The position numbers and the translations under genes were made by a program. Positions 1-6,684 of a DNA stretch of 12,751 nt are shown piece after piece (within the stretch, counting starts at the first letter, position 1; the number at the start of each line of letters is the position of its first letter). Origin of the DNA: an archaeon (lineage in GTDB: Archaea; Asgardarchaeota; Thorarchaeia; Thorarchaeales; Thorarchaeaceae); NCBI GenBank assembly GCA_024275415.1, contig JAJRZD010000057.1, forward strand, positions 1 to 12,751, given 5' to 3'. The notes beneath the pieces are model-generated. The model had not been told where the DNA came from and made no database searches. It saw only the letters and a program-made list of their open reading frames with translations.

Positions 1-24
1 AAAACTGAAAGTAACCTAGGAGAT

Positions 25-900
25 TTGTTAGAATACAAACTGGTCAAGAATAAGATCAGAAGCGCACTAAGATACCCTGGGGGTAAGACGAGGGCGATAA
101 AGACCATACTTGCCAGAATCCCAAAGTTCACTGAGTTCAGAGAACCATTCGTAGGGGGTGGTTCGGTATTCATATCTGTGAAACAACGAGTCCCAAAGGA
201 CAGGGTGTTCTGGATCAATGACCTCAACTACGATCTTTATTGCTTTTGGAACCAACTCAAAGAGAATGGAGAACAAGTGGTTGAGAGAATTCAAGAGATC
301 AGGGACAACTGGGGAGATGGGAAAGCATTGTTCCGTGATCTCACTACTTAGGACAAACAATGGACAGACCTTGAGCGAGCGATTCGTTTCTTCGTCTTGA
401 ATCGTATTACGTTCTCTGGGACTGTGGACTCAGGAGGGTATTCTAAACAAGCCTTTGCACGCAGGTTCACCCAATCCTCCATTGACCGGTTAAAAAGACT
501 AATCTCATTTCTACAAGGGGTCATAATAACCGGCCACGATTATGAGGAAGTGATCACAACGCCTGGAAAAAGCGTCTTCATTTTCTTGGATCCGCCATAT
601 ATCTCCGCAACCAAATCTAGATTGTATGGTAAAAACGGAACTCTTCACACGAACTTCGACCACAATCGGTTCTCTGAATTAATGAAGAGATGCAAACACA
701 AGTGGCTGATAACATATGATGATTCTCCTGCCGTCCGAGAGTTGTTTGATTTTGCATATATTGAAGAATGGTCACTCCAATATGGCATGAATAATTACAG
801 ACAAGATTCTGCAAAGATAGGACGAGAGTTGTTCATCTCCAATTATGAGATTGCCAAAAAGGACGTAGAATCTCAGTACATACAGAAGACATTAGCGTGA
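25..900 (+). pseudogene. D12-class (Dam-like) N6-adenine DNA methyltransferase interrupted by one in-frame TAG at 349-351 (nonsense-mutated, or read-through)
   Basis: ORFs 25..351 and 397..900 are in the same frame (offset 372 nt) and the 45 nt between them translate cleanly (DKQWTDLERAIRFFV-LNRITFSG). The N-half has LRYPGGK, EPFVGGGSV (SAM-binding motif I) and INDLN; the C-half has FLDPPY (catalytic motif IV), WLITYDD and ELFISNY. The frame is also open back to position 1, so the TTG start at 25 is tentative. Confidence 0.9.
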
Positions 901-1114
901 CTAACGTACAGGGCTTCACACGAGATACATGGACACCTTGATTGTTGATTCAAGGGGACATTGCCTGACGTATCTGATTATTGGATGCCAAAAGCAAGAA
1001 ATCGTAAGGAACGCCGCAAAATCGCCCTATCATGTCCACCCCAACCTTTTTTCGTGGAATGTTTTGTTGACAAGTCGGAATCCGTTCCGGAACCAACAAA
1101 TGTCATATTAAAAA

Positions 1115-1131
1115 CTATTATCTTATAATAG
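1115..1131 (+). promoter_or_regulatory. AT-rich TATA-like element within a perfect 7-3-7 inverted repeat (CTATTAT-CTT-ATAATAG) upstream of the lipoate ligase gene
   Basis: Sequence 1115-1131; TTATAA at 1123-1128 lies about 30 nt upstream of ATG 1158, and GGAG is at 1146-1149. An operator role is only an inference. Confidence 0.4.
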
Positions 1132-1157
1132 ATTGATGAGGATGTGGAGAACCGTTC

Positions 1158-1967
1158 ATGTGGCGATTGCTAGAAGAAGAAGGAACCGACGTGTACAGGA
1201 ATCTGGCTGTCGAAGAAGCACTCGCACGTGTCAATGCAGAAATGGATGAGAAGATGAACACAGTCCGATTTTGGCGTTCCAAAAGAGCGGTAGTCGTGGG
1301 AAGGTTTCAGTGTGTACATAAAGAGGTGAATATGGCATTCTGCAAACAGAACGATATCGCGATTGCGAGGAGATTTACTGGTGGAGGAACAGTATTCCAT
1401 GACGAGGAGAACCTCAACTTCTCAATATGCCTTGACCAGAAAGAGCCGTATGTGAGCAGGACATTAAACGAGATGTACTGGAATTTTGTAGGTGGGATTG
1501 CAGGTGCACTAAGGGAAATTGGGATTCCTGCGACGTTTGACAGTCATCGATCCTGCTTGAGAATAAAAGGCAGGAAGATTACTGGAACTGCGGGGTGGAT
1601 CAAGCATGGCATCACGTTCATCCACGGGACGTTGCTAATCAACTCAGACCTTGGACTGTTGAAGCAGTCTTTGCGGGTACCACCTAACCAACCAATATAC
1701 TTGAGGGATAACAGACGAATCCGATGTTTGGGAAGTAAGAGGGATGTGGTCACCTGCATAGCAAACGAGGTCAGCCCATGTCCCAGCGATTTCGAAATCA
1801 AGAACGCGATAAAAGCATTCCTAGAACGCATTTCTGAAAACACGATTGAACTAGGGGGGCTCACTGATGAGGAAGAAGAGCGTGCAGAGTCTTTATATCG
1901 GACACGTTACAGTCAGCCCGAGTGGAATCTAGGCACACTAGCATCGGATCAGATCCAAGGAGAATAA
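1158..1967 (+). CDS. lplA: Lipoate-protein ligase A family protein (catalytic domain only, no C-terminal LplB-like domain)
   Basis: Motifs NLAVEEAL, VVVGRFQ, RRFTGGGTVFHD, NLNFS, GRKITGTA (catalytic Lys), HGTLL and C-terminal YSQPEWN; 269 aa. Confidence 0.93.
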   Translation: MWRLLEEEGTDVYRNLAVEEALARVNAEMDEKMNTVRFWRSKRAVVVGRFQCVHKEVNMAFCKQNDIAIARRFTGGGTVFHDEENLNFSICLDQKEPYVSRTLNEMYWNFVGGIAGALREIGIPATFDSHRSCLRIKGRKITGTAGWIKHGITFIHGTLLINSDLGLLKQSLRVPPNQPIYLRDNRRIRCLGSKRDVVTCIANEVSPCPSDFEIKNAIKAFLERISENTIELGGLTDEEEERAESLYRTRYSQPEWNLGTLASDQIQGE

Positions 1968-1971
1968 TCGA

Positions 1972-2322
1972 ATGACCGAGCATGATGTTGAGAAAATTCT
2001 CAAAAGTTTCATGAGGCACTTTGGGGCCCTGAATAGAGACATACCTGAAACTAGGAACGCCTTTATAGACCTGCAAAAGACGGTTCACAAGGATGGCGCT
2101 CTCTCTGCGAAGTTCAAAGAGATCATATGTGTCGTTGCCTCAGTCCTAGCACCATGCGAGTCCTGCATTGTTTACCACACGAAACAGGCAATAAAGATGG
2201 GAGCGACCAGAGAGGAAATCATGGAAGCGTGCGGTGTAGCCATCGTGATGGGCGGAGGGCCAGCAGCATCGCACATAGCGATAGTCCAAGATGCCCTAGA
2301 CAAATGGGCGCCTCGTAAGTGA
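1972..2322 (+). CDS. Carboxymuconolactone decarboxylase / AhpD-family protein with intact CxxC
   Basis: LSAKFKEII...PCESCIVYH...GATREEIMEA...MGGGP gives the E-x11-C-x2-C-x3-H AhpD core. It starts 4 nt after the lplA stop, with AAGGAG at 1957-1962. Confidence 0.92.
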   Translation: MTEHDVEKILKSFMRHFGALNRDIPETRNAFIDLQKTVHKDGALSAKFKEIICVVASVLAPCESCIVYHTKQAIKMGATREEIMEACGVAIVMGGGPAASHIAIVQDALDKWAPRK

Positions 2323-2327
2323 TCCAA

Positions 2328-3371
2328 CTATTCAAGTTCTGTAAAGAGAACCTTGATGGCCTGCTGCGTTTCCATCAATTCGAAACCACGTTCCCATTCG
2401 TCGATAGAGAGCCTGTGGGTTATTAGCGGCTTCACATCCAGCTGTCCTGATGCCATCATACGGAGCGTCATCACCCATGTAGAAGGCAGTGTTCCCCACG
2501 AGCCGGACATCGTCAGTTCCTTCTCAACGACGTGGTCAAGATAGAGTTCTGTGTTCGAGCCCTGTGTGCCGAGCAATGTCACATGTCCTGTCGTCTTGAC
2601 GAACTCGAGTGCTTGTCTTCTTGCAGCGGCGGATCCGGAGGCCTCTATCACCACATCGGCTCCTGCACAATCAGTTTCGCCACGAACAATGCCCACAGCA
2701 TCCTTTTCTTGAAGCACATCGATGGTCATGTCTGCACCTACAGACCTTGCTATCTCGAATCGCCATTTGTCAGAGGTGATTCCTGTAACGATAACCTTAG
2801 CAGCGCCCATAGCCTTTGCAACTTGTGTCGCTATCAATCCCATCGTGCCGGGGCCTTGGACTAGAACCACATCACCAGGGGCGATCGGGGAGCGCTCTGC
2901 TACACATCTGACCACGCATGCAGCAGGTTCTGCTAGGGCGGCTTCTTCAAGGGATAGCCCATCGGGAACCTTGTGAAGGACATATTCAGGAACCGCTACG
3001 TATCTTGCGAAACCACCATTTGCCAGAGATACTCCAAGTATCCTTTTGCCTTCGGCTGTGCACCTATTGACATGATTGTTCTTGCATTGATAGCATTGTC
3101 CACAATATTGAGTGGCTGGAGATGTAACACGATCGCCCAGACGGATGTTCGACACATGCTCGCCAACCTCAACAACAGTCCCAGCGTATTCATGACCGAG
3201 TACGACAGGAGGGGTATAGAAGGAGTGGTCGTTCAGTATATGCATGTCCGTGCCACAGATTCCTGCTGCTGCAACCTCGATAAGGACATCTTCAGAACCA
3301 ATAGAGGGTTTCTCAATCTCGCGTAGTTCAATGTTTCCTATGCCGCGAGCGGTCTTCATCAAAGCCTTCAT
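2328..3371 (-). CDS. Zinc-dependent medium-chain alcohol/polyol dehydrogenase (threonine/sorbitol dehydrogenase-like)
   Basis: GICGTD and GHE catalytic Zn motifs, CGQCYQC...NRC structural Zn site, GPGTMG Rossmann motif, C-terminal KVLF. Substrate cannot be assigned. Confidence 0.95.
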   Translation of the reverse strand: MKALMKTARGIGNIELREIEKPSIGSEDVLIEVAAAGICGTDMHILNDHSFYTPPVVLGHEYAGTVVEVGEHVSNIRLGDRVTSPATQYCGQCYQCKNNHVNRCTAEGKRILGVSLANGGFARYVAVPEYVLHKVPDGLSLEEAALAEPAACVVRCVAERSPIAPGDVVLVQGPGTMGLIATQVAKAMGAAKVIVTGITSDKWRFEIARSVGADMTIDVLQEKDAVGIVRGETDCAGADVVIEASGSAAARRQALEFVKTTGHVTLLGTQGSNTELYLDHVVEKELTMSGSWGTLPSTWVMTLRMMASGQLDVKPLITHRLSIDEWERGFELMETQQAIKVLFTELE

Positions 3372-3378
3372 GGACAGT

Positions 3379-3386
3379 CCTCACCT
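3379..3386 (-). promoter_or_regulatory. Ribosome-binding site AGGTGAGG of the dehydrogenase gene
   Basis: Reverse complement of CCTCACCT at 3379-3386, 7 nt upstream of ATG 3371; archaeal GGTGA-type Shine-Dalgarno. Confidence 0.75.
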
Positions 3387-3433
3387 TGCGAGAAGGCTGA
3401 GGAGTTATAGAATGTTGTGGATGGGTTATGTGG

Positions 3434-3700
3434 CTAGATGACATCCAAGAAGGTCGTGCTTTCGTGTCCTTCATCTTCGGGACGGACACGAAAACCAGTT
3501 CCTTGCTCGTGTCGCAAGATCGAGGCTGTCTTTGCGCCAACGAACCGCCTCCGGGCATTAGCATTCTTCCCCATCCAGACGTAGATGTTCTTGTTTGCAT
3601 CATCGATGATGCAATATACGCTTTCAGAAGAGAGGCTGTTCCTGTTCACCTCTACCATCTCCGATGTGCCATCATCTCGCATCTCATATGCTTGGGTCAT
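3434..3700 (-). CDS. Single-domain gelsolin-like protein (Asgard ProGel-type actin regulator), 88 aa
   Basis: VYCIIDD..KNIYVWMGKNANARRRFVGAKTASIL...VRPEDEGHESTTFLDVI matches the gelsolin-repeat pattern (y-v-W-x-G, long helix, E-G-x-E-x-x-x-F). ATG 3700 is preferred over the track's TTG 3718 because GGAGATTGA lies just upstream of it. Confidence 0.88.
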   Translation of the reverse strand: MTQAYEMRDDGTSEMVEVNRNSLSSESVYCIIDDANKNIYVWMGKNANARRRFVGAKTASILRHEQGTGFRVRPEDEGHESTTFLDVI

Positions 3701-3931
3701 TGGGGGATCAATCTCCAAATGTGTTTAGAGGACATACACTCTATAACTCTTCCTGACTATAGGTATGAATACTCTCCAGATAATACCATTTCTTGTGTCC
3801 GGGCTGAGTATATTGCCTCAAGAAGCAATGTGCAACGGGCGGTCTGCACCTTACGACCTCTAATCAGTATGTATGTGTAATCATATTTAAGCTCCAAGTG
3901 GATGAAATCCGAAATTGAAAGATTAGTCAGT

Positions 3932-4273
3932 TCACATAGTTTCAAAACGGGCTTTCACGGTGCTACCACAGTAGTTGCATCGTGCTTCAAGAGGGCCTAC
4001 CCAATCAATCCCTTCATGCGACAATGATGCATTGCAAGAAGGACACCTATCAGGCAGACGCACAGTCTTGATCTGCGTGCCATCAGTCCTACGTCGTGCT
4101 TCGGGAATCACAAATGATGGCGGTTCAACGACCCAGCCGCCACCATGCATCGCTTCACTGGTCAGGCATATCTTCCTAAGCACGACGACGAAAATAATGA
4201 AAAAGATGACCACTGGAATCAAGAACATCATCCAAAAGAACGGAAATAAGAAATCGAACATACCAAATTGCAT
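3932..4273 (-). CDS. Membrane-anchored zinc-ribbon protein
   Basis: N-terminal hydrophobic segment (FLFPFFWMMFLIPVVIFFIIFVVVL) followed by RK, then C-terminal CPSC-x18-CNYC. AGGAGTGA at 4281-4288 lies 7 nt before ATG 4273. Confidence 0.85.
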   Translation of the reverse strand: MQFGMFDFLFPFFWMMFLIPVVIFFIIFVVVLRKICLTSEAMHGGGWVVEPPSFVIPEARRRTDGTQIKTVRLPDRCPSCNASLSHEGIDWVGPLEARCNYCGSTVKARFETM

Positions 4274-4868
4274 CACCAAGTCACTCCTTGCTCATTGTGG
4301 GTTGTCTGTTCTGCCAAAAATGCTGTAACCTTAATTACCTTTGCTTGAAAAGGAGGAGTGAAGGAAAGAAAGGAACAAAATCGAGAAGAACTTGGAAACT
4401 TCTCTTGACGCTGGGCTTTGGCAACTAGTTGCTATCTACGAACCTCGGCTGAAGAACATTCACAAGAAAGCGATTCTGTGAAAGACGGTAGGGAATTTGC
4501 ATTTGGAACAATGCATGAATCGTTGTGTGCCCGAATTTCGATAGCTCTGTCCTTACAACTTTTAGTCTTATGGCATCTGATTGGTTTTTTCGGAGCTGTC
4601 GGAAAAAAGCATGTATCAGTGAGAATGCTAGGTATCTGTGAGCAGCTTTCCAAGAGTTTAGTATTCTAGTCAGCCTCGTACCTTTCCAGATTGTTACGGA
4701 AGAACATATCAGGGATTCTCTTCTGGATGGATTCGGTTCACTGGTGACAGTAAGGTCTTCTTTATTGTCTAGCATCCGAACTCTGTCAATCTAGTCTATT
4801 ATCGGACGACAGAACATTAATGATGCTACCACCGGTCTTTTTGTAGATAACAAATCGGAGGTCACCAA

Positions 4869-5180
4869 TCAATTCGTCAGGGCAGACTTCAGAGTTTGAT
4901 ACACAGACCAACCTCTTCTGCGGGCAATTGCGCCAACTATTGCCTTTTCGTCAATAGAATATTTCGTTATGCCTCCTACCCAACCTTCGATCCTGATGTT
5001 CTGATGCATGAAAGTGATGACGAAATTCAACGTTTTCCATTTGATTCGAATCCAATTATCTCTTTTCTTCACAAGTTTGAATTCTTTGCCCTGATCTAAT
5101 CGCCATTTATCGATGCGTTGTCGGGCTTCCTCCACGTTATATGGAATTGGGATTTCCTCAACATATGTCCCCATTTTCAT
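4869..5180 (-). CDS. Hypothetical small alpha/beta protein (about 103 aa)
   Basis: Protein-like composition with alternating strands and amphipathic terminal helices; fills otherwise empty space and lies divergent from a shared TATA. ATG at 5180 or 5174. No family recognised. Confidence 0.7.
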   Translation of the reverse strand: MKMGTYVEEIPIPYNVEEARQRIDKWRLDQGKEFKLVKKRDNWIRIKWKTLNFVITFMHQNIRIEGWVGGITKYSIDEKAIVGAIARRRGWSVYQTLKSALTN

Positions 5181-5199
5181 CAATACGAAGCATGGTGCA

Positions 5200-5210
5200 A
5201 ATATATATGA
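5200..5210. promoter_or_regulatory. Candidate bidirectional TATA element (AATATATATGA) between divergent genes
   Basis: The ATATATAT palindrome at 5201-5208 lies about 25 nt from the minus-strand ATG 5180 (possible leaderless mRNA) and about 50 nt from the plus-strand ATG 5258. Confidence 0.5.
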
Positions 5211-5257
5211 ATAATTGGATTAGAAGTTCTGTGGTAATCTTGAAGCGGATAGAATTC

Positions 5258-5932
5258 ATGGCACCTGGAAAAACCGACCGTTTCCATTTTCTCACTGTCG
5301 AGGATTCAACGCAATTTCCAGTATTTGGAAAATTCGAGTTGGTAGAGAAAGAGCCTGATTTGAAAAAGGCCACAGTCAATGGCGAGGGCTACTCTATCAT
5401 TATTTACAAAAAGGTGGAACCTGACAGCTCTCTGGCAATGGGACTAATAGTGCCCGGTAAACAGATAAGAGACAAGTACTTCAAGCTGGCAATAGTTGGA
5501 CTTATCCTTGGTATAACGTGGATGGTTATCGTAGGGCTGACATTGGTTGGATGGACCATTGCGGCCATGATGGCCAGTGCAGGAATTTTCTTCTTGTTAG
5601 AAATAATGGAGCCTCTTGATCCGCATTTAGTTCCCATATTCATGGTTGCTTCAATTATTTGCGGTGGTCCGCTTTTCTTGATTATGATTAAGTTTCCAAC
5701 CTACAACAAGAGGATGGCACAGGAAGCTATTGAGAAATTGCAAGAAATAGTTGGATCAAATGTAGAGAACGCGATATTTCAGGAAATTAAGGTTGGAGTC
5801 AAAATTTACGATATGTCCATCGAAGATAAACTGCCAAAACATTTCACGGAATCGATAGACGAGTACCTACGCAGATTAGGATTCAAGAATGGGATTGAAA
5901 CAGTGGCATATTCCATAAATGAACTTCCTTAA
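5258..5932 (+). CDS. Hypothetical membrane protein (central 2-3 TM segments), 224 aa
   Basis: Hydrophobic runs LAIVGLILGITWMVIVGLTLVGWTIAAMMASAGIFFLL and LVPIFMVASIICGGPLFLIMI flanked by soluble domains. Start moved from 5141 to ATG 5258 to avoid overlapping the divergent gene and the TATA. Confidence 0.75.
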   Translation: MAPGKTDRFHFLTVEDSTQFPVFGKFELVEKEPDLKKATVNGEGYSIIIYKKVEPDSSLAMGLIVPGKQIRDKYFKLAIVGLILGITWMVIVGLTLVGWTIAAMMASAGIFFLLEIMEPLDPHLVPIFMVASIICGGPLFLIMIKFPTYNKRMAQEAIEKLQEIVGSNVENAIFQEIKVGVKIYDMSIEDKLPKHFTESIDEYLRRLGFKNGIETVAYSINELP

Positions 5933-5980
5933 AAAAGAAGGATCCGGATGTTTCACTTCCTCCTAGAAGAGGGAGAAGTG
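5933..5980 (-). terminator. Hairpin plus T-tract, terminator-like on the minus strand
   Basis: Imperfect stem CACTTC...GAAGTG (5954-5980), followed on the minus strand by CCTTCTTTTTT (5933-5941 region). On the plus strand this tract is A-rich, so it fits a minus-strand transcript better. Confidence 0.4.
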
Positions 5981-6210
5981 GGGGACTCGTGACAGACTAA
6001 GATTCTTGGGGAGAGAGATTGCAGACCAGAGATGCCATGAAGTCACGACACCCATGTTCAAAATCAGACTTGAGCCCAAGCAAGACAAAGGGGGTGGAGG
6101 GAAAAACTCCACATGACAACACCTGATGTCAGGGACCATAGTGCAATGGCTCTCAAGCTCATTCTGAATTCTTGTATTATTCTACAAAGCCCTTGAAAAA
6201 AAGAGGTTCA

Positions 6211-6223
6211 AAACAGATTTATA
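6211..6223 (+). promoter_or_regulatory. Archaeal BRE/TATA-like promoter (AAACAGA-TTTATA) for the 6272 gene
   Basis: TTTATA at 6218-6223 preceded by an A-rich BRE-like stretch; GGAGG at 6259-6263 lies 8 nt before ATG 6272. Confidence 0.55.
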
Positions 6224-6271
6224 CGGAGTGTTCCTCCCGCTCATTGGCACTTCCAAGTGGAGGAAAAAAGA

Positions 6272-6631
6272 ATGCAAATACCCAGTTTTCTGCTTCGCAA
6301 GTTATACGTAAAAGGCAGCCTAGAGAATGTGGATGACGGATTCCAATTCAAGCTGAAGAACTCGCTTTCGCCGGGAACCGCAGTGGGCATGGAGCCACTC
6401 AAGGTAAACGGCAATGAGTATTCGCTCGCCGACACAATAATCAGCTCGGAAGGCGAATCAATAACCGGTTCTGAGGTCAGTCCTGACAAGGCATTCATGA
6501 TAAAGGTCGGCGTGGACATCGTAATCCGCGTCAAGGGCGAGCCTCTGCCCGAGGGTGAGCACAAGATAGATGTGTCACTGACCACAAAAGAGGCTGGCAA
6601 GCTCGTTTTCGATGTCACAGACAGCATCTAA
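6272..6631 (+). CDS. Small all-beta (Ig-like/beta-sandwich) protein, 119 aa; resembles DUF6379-like domains and the N-terminal extension of some HMG-CoA reductases
   Basis: IPSFLLRKLYVKGSLENVDDGFQFKLKN...LKVNG...LPEGEHKIDV...GKLVFDVTDSI. The family link is recalled by eye and has not been searched. Good RBS, promoter and downstream terminator. Confidence 0.7.
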   Translation: MQIPSFLLRKLYVKGSLENVDDGFQFKLKNSLSPGTAVGMEPLKVNGNEYSLADTIISSEGESITGSEVSPDKAFMIKVGVDIVIRVKGEPLPEGEHKIDVSLTTKEAGKLVFDVTDSI

Positions 6632-6639
6632 AGATAGAA

Positions 6640-6663
6640 TGCAAAGGGATTCGTCCCTTTGCA
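6640..6663. terminator. Bidirectional terminator-like hairpin between convergent genes
   Basis: Perfect 10-bp inverted repeat TGCAAAGGGA-TTCG-TCCCTTTGCA, with pyrimidine tracts on both sides (plus: TTTCTTTTT; minus: TTCTATCTTT). Confidence 0.8.
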
Positions 6664-6684
6664 CCTCAATTTCTTTTTCGAGTG

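Noticed and set aside
929-1111. 60-aa ORF and other short frames between the methyltransferase and lplA
   Set aside because: No RBS or recognisable motif, and it runs into the AT-rich promoter zone; could be a remnant but is unsupported.
2328-3436. Genome-wide reassignment of TAG to a sense codon as the explanation for the methyltransferase stop
   Set aside because: TAG terminates the dehydrogenase (2328-2330) and the gelsolin (3434-3436) exactly at their expected C-termini.
3328-3945. ORFs 3428..3880 (+), 3328..3603 (-) and 3757..3945 (-)
   Set aside because: Shadow or overlapping frames of the gelsolin and flanking genes with atypical composition.
4425-4775. 116-aa minus-strand ORF as a confident CDS
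   Set aside because: No RBS, Ser/Arg-rich low-acid composition, and competing ORFs in other frames; mentioned only in a low-interest finding.
5947-5962. Minus-strand GGAAGTGAAACATC resembling a 23S rRNA conserved segment
   Set aside because: Only about 13 nt of similarity; the flanks do not resemble rRNA.
6063-6104. Minus-strand frame reading FPSTPFVLLGLKSD, resembling a small-GTPase beta5/G4 segment
   Set aside because: It lies in a short stop-bounded frame with no P-loop, DxxG or G5 motif nearby; likely chance.
6121-6135. ACCTGAT...AGGGA resembling the TPP riboswitch 3' half
   Set aside because: No room for the P5 hairpin and no upstream CTGAGA motif.
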